In this document: positions 19,601 through 27,636 of the stretch, piece after piece | Position numbering within the stretch: position 1 is the stretch's first letter | Layout of the letters: every line of letters starts with the position of its first letter | Source of the DNA: a virus | Taxonomy: Duplodnaviria > Caudoviricetes | Reading direction: 5' to 3' (one strand) | DNA length: 60,734 bases | IMG/VR virus record: IMGVR_UViG_3300042350_001432 | Span: 1-60,734 of that record | Position numbers and translations under genes: made by a program | Notes under the pieces: generated by a model | Seen by the model: the letters and a program-made list of their open reading frames with translations, nothing else | Databases searched by the model: none | What the model was told of the DNA's origin: nothing

Positions 19601-21530
19601 CATGACCGTACTTGGCGGCCTCCAGAAGGGCGCGCTTCAGGCCCAAATTTACCCAGTCGTCGGTGTTTTTAATGTACGGGGCAGTAGAAACGCCATTAAG
19701 CTTTTTATTCATTGCCGCAAGTTCGGCATCCTCTTCCGGAGTGCGTTCATTGGAGTATTTAAGACGCTGATACCTGTCTTCATCGATAGGTCCGTAGAAC
19801 CCCCTCTCGCGACCCTGCTGACCCCAATCACTCTGCAATTCATCAAGGTGCAAGACGCTCTTGCCCTCAGTGTCCGTGCGATCCTTCATCAAAAGGTGCG
19901 TCAGGATATTTGGCTCACCTTCAAAGTGCGCGCCAACTCCGCCAAACAGCACGTCATCGCCGCCATGCTTGAGCAAAACTTCGCGATAGTTTTCACCGCC
20001 CGGAAACATGTAGCTTTCATGGTGAGGCCGCTTGTATTTATTGGAAAGCAGGCCACGGTTTTTCCTAAAGGCTTCGCCCTTTTCCTCGTAGTCGCGGTGC
20101 AAGTTGGTAAATTCTTCAGTGGGATCAACAAATGGACTTGTGCCGGCTCTCCTGCCCTCTTCTAGTGCCCTATTCAAACGGTCGCGCGCCGCGTAATAGG
20201 GCTGCGCGTATGTAGCGTTGAACGCATCCTCCTCTTCCTTGGGCGGCTCTTCGCGAAACGACTTTTCAACAATTGGCGTCCGGTTTTGGTTGAAATGCGC
20301 GGCGACCTGTTCGCGGGTGATCGGCTCAGGGCGGTTCGAGCCAGCGCGGGGCGCAAACGCCTGATCATATCCGGAGGCTTCAAACTCAACCGGCTTGACG
20401 CCGCGATTAGTCAGCATGTTGCGGAATTCAGCCGGTGACGCCTTCGCCTGCGGGAGGCTGGCTGCGGTGGCCGCTGCGTGGCTGTACAGGCCCAGATTGT
20501 CCGGTGCCGTGTAGTCGGTAGGCTGATCAACCTCGCCGCCAGTAGCCCTGCCAATGTGGGCTTCATTCGGATCGTAGCGACCGCTGTTGCCGATGGCAGA
20601 CTTCACCTGATGCGGCTTGAAGACGACCAGTTCATGCGGGTGATATTCGCCGCCAGCAGCTTCTTTGGCGGCGTGATACTCGCGTCGGCTGTTAACAAAT
20701 TCGTCCTTTAACGCTTTAATTTCAGCACTATTGCTAGCGTTCTCATAGGGGGCATCATAAAATGCGTTCTTGGCAGCTTGATGCCTTTCCCAAGCGGCCT
20801 GTTCGCGTTGCTCTGCCGCCCGCTCCTCTTCAGGATCTTTGATGCCGTATTGGTGCATGACAATGACGCCGTCATGCCCTGCATCCATGAGCATTTTGGT
20901 TTGCTCAGAAGGCAGCCTCTCACCCCTACCCTTCCGGATCAATCTTTCGTCTGAAGTTTGCGGAAAGCCAGCAGCGTTCATAGCTTGGTCCATGGCTTCA
21001 CCGCCGCTAGAAGAGCGAGGAAACTTCACAATAAACGGGTTTTTCAAAGACAGATGCACAGGCATTACGTTGGGACCGCCGCCTTCTTCAACGCGGTATC
21101 CAGATGCAAAGTTATTGGCTGCGTTCTTATATGGGGTGAAATAATGGCCCTTACCGTACCATCCAGTGTCGGTGTAATCTGGGTTTATCCCAGCATCGAT
21201 GCGGCGCGGCTTTTCGGTGTCGAACTCTGAAATGTTTCTATCGGTGCCGTGATAGACAACACTGGGAACGAGCGGGTGGTTGCCCTCTAAAAAGGTATCC
21301 AGATTGGCCTGCCGCTCATCATCAGGCATGCCGCCGTCAGCGTAACCACCCGCAGCAAACTGCTGAAGCTGCGGCTGGGGCTGGGGCTGAAGCTGCGGCT
21401 CAGGCATCAGAATATCAGGCGCTGGCTGACCAATGTCAGGCAAAGGCACACTCGCAAAGTGGGGATCAACCATGGCCGCAATGCTCTTTGCGGTCATGAT
21501 CGCCTTGCGGATGGCCTTTGGGTCCCTCAT
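16611..21530 (-). CDS. Large polyvalent protein (ART-like, unknown E-x-QSDW domain, HhH glycosylase-like, unknown domain)
   Basis: VYHGT..F...G.G.YFT...V.L..KNP...GHDGVI...VVF.P.QVKS (polyvalent-protein ADP-ribosyltransferase pattern); DELQSDW; IRGVGPSKSGF...GDQPTLD. ATGA overlap with the portal gene. Confidence 0.8.
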   Translation of the reverse strand: MRDPKAIRKAIMTAKSIAAMVDPHFASVPLPDIGQPAPDILMPEPQLQPQPQPQLQQFAAGGYADGGMPDDERQANLDTFLEGNHPLVPSVVYHGTDRNISEFDTEKPRRIDAGINPDYTDTGWYGKGHYFTPYKNAANNFASGYRVEEGGGPNVMPVHLSLKNPFIVKFPRSSSGGEAMDQAMNAAGFPQTSDERLIRKGRGERLPSEQTKMLMDAGHDGVIVMHQYGIKDPEEERAAEQREQAAWERHQAAKNAFYDAPYENASNSAEIKALKDEFVNSRREYHAAKEAAGGEYHPHELVVFKPHQVKSAIGNSGRYDPNEAHIGRATGGEVDQPTDYTAPDNLGLYSHAAATAASLPQAKASPAEFRNMLTNRGVKPVEFEASGYDQAFAPRAGSNRPEPITREQVAAHFNQNRTPIVEKSFREEPPKEEEDAFNATYAQPYYAARDRLNRALEEGRRAGTSPFVDPTEEFTNLHRDYEEKGEAFRKNRGLLSNKYKRPHHESYMFPGGENYREVLLKHGGDDVLFGGVGAHFEGEPNILTHLLMKDRTDTEGKSVLHLDELQSDWGQQGRERGFYGPIDEDRYQRLKYSNERTPEEDAELAAMNKKLNGVSTAPYIKNTDDWVNLGLKRALLEAAKYGHDKLAWTPGQVVADRYKLSKYIAAIHHEKNEDGTYNLHAIDHNGERSYAENDVPEEKMQELLGKEIASKIASGEGVGRKESQAKVDAARKEYENFKDKMVETHLNNWRGSRPDFLSSEEEAQDARRMLKNKMEEDSYSFANMLGMLDEHEALRNNFMGAITDMNKVPYAPNRDWRSLSGLDLQVGGEGMKKFYDEIVPKRLMELAKKHDPEAKFSTATVKHPVSHTDYDQGDTQTDLQALEITPRMRESILKKGFPAYASGGEVEGYADGGDVGGYQDPETQYISDWNWRPVGDVQESLGGLKEIPSHVQKFGDFMDNVAQRAAGSGLTARDLIKAYTITRSSIQRQAANVDKLRASGLVLPEEMTGKIRPEGAFGEWLHTPAGQAYLDAAEKGKVHQTAIQNAIQVMAPFGRHQTDIPDALTWAALNLPGKEKQVSELVHSGHLMASTPEEWRAFTQHIRGVGPSKSGFLASLMGRGDQPTLDARQIILHTGRPTSEASKYIAKKGGAGGIEAVDRLSARQSAMDLSLPDRLKPYYQHLAHHAVWDKAGGDETTHEDVVRAMHHAASGGAQNADDDSILNHPVAKIFQTIGMAGLGDTNVDPDKFKEYLKRAQYALARKITTKGSDVLAANPGAANVKMSEFGKPLSEMESTALSKGMMLPRKEADLEEMQRRGARIFPFLGDLSPADKILLKSGSTALTDPSEQQGGSEFMRSEFAKGADPAAYGNRIAAAKTLAKKIATQTPEGTPAIGTHVAMGLGSVDSSHHAYEPILRMIPNSPIAQKHIEEFDEMMRQALPPTKQHPIAWPGIMNTKEAEQFFANRPGTHASFFVKKIDSSKWQKAGFPDVGEVRFSASNPELLGAPRLSTGHAFSEVEPSGRVISQPDLKHKTYPALIPTTGEGYLGGSSDLIPSKLMFRDFYKTLKAKDKSGKAIDYDSPAGQTLAQQSLMTKVPYQDATQEWLDSIMEDRRQKEERGFKKGGKVRSALMIAKGLKKS

Positions 21531-23839
21531 TCTTGCTCACCCTCACTGAACTTGCGCTCTGACGGCTTCGACAGAGGCTCAACAGCTTTAGCCTGCTCTG
21601 GATGCATCACAAGGTCACGGGCAAGCTGCAACATGGCAACGCGCTCACGGCTCTGGCGATCCAAATCGCGGTTCTGGTCTTCTACCATGCGTTCTTGGTG
21701 ACGAACACCAATTTCGCTGCGCTTGGTTTGGGCATTGATCAGATCCGCCTGCGCGGCGTTCAGGGCCGCCTGACCCATCTCTGGGGCGTCCTGCTTGGGC
21801 GCAAGGGCACCGGACTGGATCTTTGCCTTCGTCTCTTCCACCCGCGCCTGAGCTTCCATCATGCGCGCTTGGGCGGTCATTTCGTCGTTCTTCATCTTGG
21901 CCTGAGCCTGCAACAGTTCCGGCGGCGGCGATGCTTGAGCGCCCGCAGGTGCCATGAACTGCGACGGGTTCGACCAGCCAATCGCTTGCAACGCGGCAAC
22001 GTCAATGGCAATCGGATCGTACATCGACGGGTTGGCCTGCTGAAGCTGCTTGAGCGCCGTAATCTTCATGATGCGCTGGCCATGCGATGCCGTGTTGGGA
22101 TCGGCTTGAGGCGTCAGGTCGTAATCATCCAACGCCTTGAGAAACATCTGCTGGTCCCACTGCATGGTCGGCTTAAAATTACGCTGCCAGAAGCTTTCCG
22201 GGTTTTCGCGGAAGCAGTCGCACAGCAAGCGGAACTCTTCTGCTTGCGCTGCATGAAGGCGCTTGTGAACGGCGTTCATGACCTTGGTGGCCTGTTCGAT
22301 CATGGCAATGGTCGTGCCCACAGGGGCGTCAGCGCGCCCCTCACCAACCTGCTGCTCAGACGTGCCGCCAATGCGCATGCCGGTCTGGGCCATGTCACTA
22401 ACAAGTTGCATCAGAGCCTGCGACGGCGGCTGGTAGGGCAAGGGCATGACAGCCTGTGAAATCGGCATGCCGCCAGTCTTGATCAGTGCGCCGCCACCGG
22501 GCGGAACGCGGAAGATGTTGGTGTTCTGCCTTGCGCCCGTGTCAGCCATCAGGAAGCCGGGGAAGTTGGAATACATACCTGCATCCAGCAACTCACGCCA
22601 CGCAGCCGTGATGGCGTTGGTGGTGTTGCCCAGAATGTGCAGCAGGCCAATGTCGTAAAAGCCAAGACCCGGCACGAACGTGTATTTGACAAAGTTGCGC
22701 TTAGCGACAGGCAACTCTTGAGTTTCTTCATTGTAGTTGCGGACAATTGACAAGATCTCCTTGGAGGAGACGTCAACGGTCACGCGGTACGGAATCTCAA
22801 GCCCAGACACCTTGCCCTTGTGCTTATGCTCAAAGCCCTTGATGTCCAGTTCGCAGTAGCATTCATAAATTTCGCGGTCACGGTCCAAGGGGTTGGTGGA
22901 CTCAGTTGAAATGCCCTGCTGGTCACGCTCTTCACGCTGCAAGGGGTCAAGGCGGCGCATGCTGGGCGTACCCAGATCAACATCGCGGTAAACGCCAAGG
23001 ATCTGCATGCGCTTCACAATTGACGGACGCATCATGATCCGGTGGGTGATGCGGCGCGCGTTAGACAAGTCGGTCGCGTCGTTGCTGACAATCAAATCGT
23101 CAGCATCTACGGTCTCCGAAACAGGCCGATTGCGCAGCGGGCAGTAGTAAACCTTCTTGAACGCCGTGCCGCCAAAGCCCAGCATAAGCAGCATGCGGTC
23201 GGTGTCGGGATAATATTCCGTCGCCGTCGAAGTCAGATAGTGATTGAGGTCGCGCTCAAGCGCGTTGGCCATCTGATCTTCTTGCAACGTCGCGTTGTTG
23301 TCGTCGTTGCGGATCTTGACGGGACCATCAGTCGGCAAAAGCTCAGAACGGGAGTTGGCCTGAAAGCGCAGCACAGCCTCCAGCAGCAGCGGGTGCCTAA
23401 CGCGCGACATACCCTCAACCGGAGCGCCGTCAGTAGCCCCTGTAAGCCCCGGAATTTCAATCTTCAGGCCAAGAAGCTTGATCCCTTGGGCGCGCGTCTC
23501 AATCCAGTCTTTGCGGGACAGTAGATCGTCATCAATGCCGCGAAACAGGTCGCCTGAAATGCGGTTAAGCTCATCCTTGTCGATATCATCGACCAGATTG
23601 CCAAACCATTCGCCGCCAGCCTTGCCTTCAGCCGCCTCAAGGGGGTTTCCGTCCAAAGAAATGGTGATTGAGCCGTCGTCATGCTCAATAGAGATGACAT
23701 TCCCGTCCTGATCAACTTCCGGGACGTCTCCACCTTCGTTAGCAAAGTCAATTTGCAACGGAGAAGTGTCAATCGCACCCGGCTCTTCAGGCGCAGGCTG
23801 GCGAATGTTCATTGGAGCGAGGCCCGGTTGCGTTGCCAT
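21527..23839 (-). CDS. Portal protein
   Basis: 770 aa after TerL; HPLLLEAV.RFQA, GTAFKKVYY, GLGFY.IGL.H, APVGTT.A.IE motifs. Confidence 0.88.
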   Translation of the reverse strand: MATQPGLAPMNIRQPAPEEPGAIDTSPLQIDFANEGGDVPEVDQDGNVISIEHDDGSITISLDGNPLEAAEGKAGGEWFGNLVDDIDKDELNRISGDLFRGIDDDLLSRKDWIETRAQGIKLLGLKIEIPGLTGATDGAPVEGMSRVRHPLLLEAVLRFQANSRSELLPTDGPVKIRNDDNNATLQEDQMANALERDLNHYLTSTATEYYPDTDRMLLMLGFGGTAFKKVYYCPLRNRPVSETVDADDLIVSNDATDLSNARRITHRIMMRPSIVKRMQILGVYRDVDLGTPSMRRLDPLQREERDQQGISTESTNPLDRDREIYECYCELDIKGFEHKHKGKVSGLEIPYRVTVDVSSKEILSIVRNYNEETQELPVAKRNFVKYTFVPGLGFYDIGLLHILGNTTNAITAAWRELLDAGMYSNFPGFLMADTGARQNTNIFRVPPGGGALIKTGGMPISQAVMPLPYQPPSQALMQLVSDMAQTGMRIGGTSEQQVGEGRADAPVGTTIAMIEQATKVMNAVHKRLHAAQAEEFRLLCDCFRENPESFWQRNFKPTMQWDQQMFLKALDDYDLTPQADPNTASHGQRIMKITALKQLQQANPSMYDPIAIDVAALQAIGWSNPSQFMAPAGAQASPPPELLQAQAKMKNDEMTAQARMMEAQARVEETKAKIQSGALAPKQDAPEMGQAALNAAQADLINAQTKRSEIGVRHQERMVEDQNRDLDRQSRERVAMLQLARDLVMHPEQAKAVEPLSKPSERKFSEGEQE

Positions 23840-24051
23840 CAGTCTTCCTCTGTTTCAGCGCCTCTAAGGCACTCCATCTCGTCGCAAAAGAGACGCAAAC
23901 CCTCTTTGGCGGCAGAATTATCATCTTGGGCGGTCAATGTATAGGTCCGCTCATGGTCAAACGGCGCTTCACCCCAGACCTTCACCTCAAACTGCCTGTG
24001 GCCCAGATCATCGACCATGCAAGATGCGTTGACGCGACCGTTATACCTCAT
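23839..24051 (-). CDS. Hypothetical protein
   Basis: ATG 24051 with GGAGG SD; fills the TerL-portal gap. Confidence 0.6.
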   Translation of the reverse strand: MRYNGRVNASCMVDDLGHRQFEVKVWGEAPFDHERTYTLTAQDDNSAAKEGLRLFCDEMECLRGAETEED

Positions 24052-24061
24052 AAATCCTCCA

Positions 24062-25681
24062 TTATGCCGGGTACAAAGGCTCACTTTGCTTGCCGGGATA
24101 GGTCTTCATGCTCTCAATCTCTTCAATGCGCTCCTGAGACCGCGTCAAAAGCCCAATATCACGCAAGTGGCGGATGCTCATAGACACAGTGTCAACCAAA
24201 TCGTCGTGCTTCCCTTTGGGAAACTGCCCAACTTGCGTGATTACCTGCTCAGCCCAGACCTTGTCGGGCGCATACACCATGCCGTCAGCAAAAAGATGCT
24301 GTACGGAATACAAGCGCGACAGCTTATCCTGACTCTTGGGGTCAGAAAGCTGCACGGCAAAGCCCTCGCTGCCATAAAGACGCCGCAATTCTTGCGAAAC
24401 AGATATGCCAGCGGCCTTATTCTCAACCAAAAGCTTGTCTACTTTCAATGACTTGCACGTTTTAGCTACTTTTTCAACCAAATCGTGGAACTCAAGGCGC
24501 TCCTGCCACGCATGCATCAGCATCAGGCGCGGCGCAGTCTCCGCATAGCCCCGGTCAAAGTACATTGGCCGCCCGTCCTTGTCCAAGATCCGGTTGGCAA
24601 TGGCTGTGGAGTCAGTCGTAAACACGCCCCAGATGGAAATAGCCGAATAGTCGTTGGTGGTTTTGGTTGTGTAAGCCGTATCCAACGACGCAATGATGTA
24701 ATCCATGGGCGGATAGCTGACTTCCTCCCACAGCTTCCACCATTCGCGCTTGATAACGCCGCCACCCGCAGGCTCAGGGCGCTGCTGAAGCTGCCCCGCA
24801 GCCATAAACGGACCAAGAGCGCGCTCAAGATTGAACACCTCCTTGGTCCCAAAGCGATCCGGCCACAGCAACTCACCCTCTTCCGTGCGTGGATCCTCCC
24901 ATCCAATGTTGGTCACAAAGGACCGGTCAGGCTCGTACTTCATGGGCAAACACAAATGCGTCCACTCACCAACGTCCTTCTCAAGGACGTGACCCGTCAA
25001 ATCATTTTCCGCCAGCCGCTGTTGGATAATCACATACGCGCCAGTCTTCTGATCATTCAAACGGGTGGACATCGTCCCATCCCACCACTCAATCGTGCTT
25101 TCAATGTTGGCGTCCGAAAACGCCTCCGACGCGCTGTTAGGGTCATCGATCACGATGATTGAACCACCTTCCCCGGTCACCGCAGCGCCAACGGACGTGA
25201 TCAAACGCTCACCGCCGTGGTCATTGGAAAAGCGCGACTTGGTGTTCTGGTCGGAGTTCAGCTTAAACCGCTCACCCCACATGCTCTGATACCACGGCGA
25301 CTCAATCAACCGGCGGCACTTAACACTATCACGCAGCACAAGCTGGTTGGCATAAGACGCCATCAGGAACTGCACACCGGGCCCAGACGTCGGGGACAGG
25401 GTCTGCTGCGCCCACGTCCACGCAGGGAACGCCACGGACGTAATGGTACTCTTACCCATGCGCGGCGGGATGTTGATAATCAGCCGCTTGATGTCGCCAT
25501 CAACCACTGCCTGCAAATGTTCGGCCACAGCTTCAATCGGCCAGCCATCCTTCCATGTGCTGGCATCAATATACTTCCACGCATTTGTCAAAAAATAATA
25601 CAGGCTCTCTTCGCAATCAGTTCGGTCCAACTCCATCAACTGGCGCTGAATGTCGATCTTCGAAATGTCGAAGTCGATCAT
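24062..25681 (-). CDS. terL: Terminase large subunit
   Basis: Walker A PPRMGKS, Walker B IIVIDDP, nuclease motifs SLDTAY and FPKGKHDDLVD. Confidence 0.95.
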   Translation of the reverse strand: MIDFDISKIDIQRQLMELDRTDCEESLYYFLTNAWKYIDASTWKDGWPIEAVAEHLQAVVDGDIKRLIINIPPRMGKSTITSVAFPAWTWAQQTLSPTSGPGVQFLMASYANQLVLRDSVKCRRLIESPWYQSMWGERFKLNSDQNTKSRFSNDHGGERLITSVGAAVTGEGGSIIVIDDPNSASEAFSDANIESTIEWWDGTMSTRLNDQKTGAYVIIQQRLAENDLTGHVLEKDVGEWTHLCLPMKYEPDRSFVTNIGWEDPRTEEGELLWPDRFGTKEVFNLERALGPFMAAGQLQQRPEPAGGGVIKREWWKLWEEVSYPPMDYIIASLDTAYTTKTTNDYSAISIWGVFTTDSTAIANRILDKDGRPMYFDRGYAETAPRLMLMHAWQERLEFHDLVEKVAKTCKSLKVDKLLVENKAAGISVSQELRRLYGSEGFAVQLSDPKSQDKLSRLYSVQHLFADGMVYAPDKVWAEQVITQVGQFPKGKHDDLVDTVSMSIRHLRDIGLLTRSQERIEEIESMKTYPGKQSEPLYPA

Positions 25682-25866
25682 TATCCCTGCATCCTTCGCA
25701 TTTCCACAAACTGCTCCAGCATGTCAGCGCAGCACTCCTTGGCATCCTCCCACTGATCCTTGGTCACAATCGGGATCTGCCCCCGCATCATCCGAATGAG
25801 ATAATGCGGGTTGATCATTAATTCAGGGTCAAACGTCATCGCGACGAAGTCGTCTTCTTCACTCAT
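25681..25866 (-). CDS. Hypothetical protein
   Basis: Short ORF coupled to both TerS and TerL. Confidence 0.55.
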   Translation of the reverse strand: MSEEDDFVAMTFDPELMINPHYLIRMMRGQIPIVTKDQWEDAKECCADMLEQFVEMRRMQG

Positions 25867-26485
25867 CAGGGACTTCCTCAAATTCGCCATCAGCGACCTG
25901 CTGCGCGCTAGGCGCTGCCAACCGCAAAGCGGAATTCAAAATGTCCCTAAGCGCCTCACGCTGATCAGCGTCAAGCAACCTTGGATCAATGGTCTGCGTC
26001 TTATGGCTAATCTCAAGCGGCTTGCCGTCAGCGCCCGTCATCTCAACGCGCTTCACGTCCCGGAAGCTGTCGCCACCCAGCCGGCTCAGCAAATACATCC
26101 CCGCCTGCACCGTGCCCTTGTGGGTCGGGTCGCGGGCAATGTTATACAAATTAGTCTTTACGTCATCCATCACAACGCTTAGGCCAATGTCCAACTCCTC
26201 ACGGTAATGATTTCTCAAAGCGTTAACGCTGATCCCCATTACCTTGGCAACATTCTCATGGTTCATCCCAAGGCCAACAGCGTGAAGCACACCCTTGCGG
26301 CTCTTCTGCGTCGGAATATGCTCATGGGAGGCTTTCTTCCTTGCCCCCTTGTCCGGCAGCAAGGCCCTGATCGGGGACACAGTATAGCGACCGTCAATGC
26401 CCGTCTTGTCATGGCCATCGACGTCGGTGGGCTCACCGTCTTGAACAACAAGGCTTTTGGAACTTTTGGCCATCGATATGCTCAC
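25859..26485 (-). CDS. Terminase small subunit (putative)
   Basis: HTH (VAKVMGISVNALRNHYREEL) and C-terminal VEMTGADGKPL; upstream of TerL. Confidence 0.75.
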   Translation of the reverse strand: MSISMAKSSKSLVVQDGEPTDVDGHDKTGIDGRYTVSPIRALLPDKGARKKASHEHIPTQKSRKGVLHAVGLGMNHENVAKVMGISVNALRNHYREELDIGLSVVMDDVKTNLYNIARDPTHKGTVQAGMYLLSRLGGDSFRDVKRVEMTGADGKPLEISHKTQTIDPRLLDADQREALRDILNSALRLAAPSAQQVADGEFEEVPDE

Positions 26486-26615
26486 CTAATTGGATAGACC
26501 CCTATTTAATACGGATCAGGTTCCTGAGCAAGGACAGCAAATTTTTTGGGTATACCCCCACCCCCTTTATTTCTTGAAGGGGGTGCCCCCTTTGCGGGGC
26601 AGAAGCACTTCGTCC

Positions 26616-26661
26616 AAAAGAAAGCAGCCGGCTAGCCTTTGGGGTCAAGCTAACCGGCTGC
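26616..26661 (-). terminator. Rho-independent terminator of the putative sRNA
   Basis: GCAGCCGGUUAGC...GCUAGCCGGCUGC stem followed by a U tract; the U-G wobble pairs form only in the minus-strand RNA. Confidence 0.75.
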
Positions 26662-26693
26662 GCACAACCACGAAAGGAGCAAACTATCGTGTC
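26616..26693 (-). ncRNA. Putative small RNA with an anti-Shine-Dalgarno loop
   Basis: Upstream promoter-like TTGCAC-17-TATGCA; 5' hairpin CACGA-[UAGUUUGCUCCUU]-UCGUG; 3' terminator hairpin followed by UUUCUUUU. Confidence 0.65.
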
Positions 26694-26698
26694 CGGGC

Positions 26699-26727
26699 TG
26701 CATACACCAACGTCCGATAGTGTGCAA
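26699..26727 (-). promoter_or_regulatory. Putative promoter of the sRNA
   Basis: TTGCAC (26727-26722), 17-bp spacer, TATGCA (26704-26699). Confidence 0.5.
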
Positions 26728-27007
26728 GATGGTTTGTGTGCGGCTGGTGGGGTGGGGCATATGGACTGTGGGTGTTTTGGGGGTGTGTTGCGGGTCGGCT
26801 GCATGTAACCCCCCATGGTACCTAATTCCTAAAAAAAAGGGGTATACCCCCCCTCAGTCATCCAGACAGTTTGCCAGCATACAAAAAGAACAAAAGCAGA
26901 CTGCCTTTCAGGCAGACGTTGTTTGTTAGTCAGCCTTCGGCTGAGCCGCGCGGCGCGCGGACGCGCGCTTCGCGCACGGGCGGCGCGCAGGCGGGGCGTG
27001 GGCGCAG

Positions 27008-27250
27008 TTACGGCAGGCACACCTCCCAGCGGCCCTTGTCACCGCCAAGCCTCGTGCCGGCTTCGACCCATCGGATGTCGCCGGGGCAGCAATACCCAAA
27101 GTCATAGCCGCGCATCGCCTGTATCTCAGCGTCATGCTGCGCGGCCTTAGATGCGACGTCGGCGTCTTCGCGCTTGTCGTAGTATCGCCAAGAGACCTTG
27201 CATCCCACCTCGTGGGCCTGCGCTTCGGGGTAGGTAGCGTAAGTGGTCAT
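27008..27250 (-). CDS. Early hypothetical protein
   Basis: RBS AAGGAGCAAAC; 80 aa. Confidence 0.75.
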   Translation of the reverse strand: MTTYATYPEAQAHEVGCKVSWRYYDKREDADVASKAAQHDAEIQAMRGYDFGYCCPGDIRWVEAGTRLGGDKGRWEVCLP

Positions 27251-27277
27251 GTCGTTTGCTCCTTGTGGTTGGCTAGG

Positions 27278-27469
27278 TTAGAGGGCTGCCAGCTTGGCGC
27301 TGATGTCGTCGAGGATGCGGCCCTTGATGATGAAGGTTGCGGTGTTGCTGCTGGCAATCCAGCCCTTCCATGTCGACTTCCAGATATGCCAGACATGGCC
27401 GCCGCCATACCCAGTGTATTCCTTGGTGATGCGGTTCTTGCGGCTTTCAATGTTGTGGTAGTTTTTCAT
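27278..27469 (-). CDS. Early hypothetical protein
   Basis: RBS AAGGAGCAAGC; downstream of an operator-bearing promoter. Confidence 0.75.
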   Translation of the reverse strand: MKNYHNIESRKNRITKEYTGYGGGHVWHIWKSTWKGWIASSNTATFIIKGRILDDISAKLAAL

Positions 27470-27495
27470 GTCGCTTGCTCCTTGGTTGGAGCCCT

Positions 27496-27525
27496 ATTAT
27501 TAGGGCGGGCTGCCCTGTCGGTCAA
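27496..27525 (-). promoter_or_regulatory. Early promoter with AGGGC-N5-GCCCT operator
   Basis: TTGACC gac AGGGC agccc GCCCT AATAAT. Confidence 0.75.
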
Positions 27526-27581
27526 CAAAATAAATGATCCGCTTTTGGAACTAACTCATCTCATTCTATGTCGATTGTCGC

Positions 27582-27611
27582 TTGACCAACAGGGCGAGCT
27601 GCCCTAATGAT
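27582..27611 (+). promoter_or_regulatory. Early promoter (ardC) with AGGGC-N5-GCCCT operator
   Basis: TTGACC aac AGGGC gagct GCCCT AATGAT. Confidence 0.75.
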
Positions 27612-27636
27612 GGGGCATCAACCAAGGAGCAAGCCA

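Noticed and set aside
26502-27150. Short ORFs in the TerS-early gap
   Set aside because: Low-complexity translations without a convincing RBS; the region is better explained by sRNA, terminator and palindromic elements.
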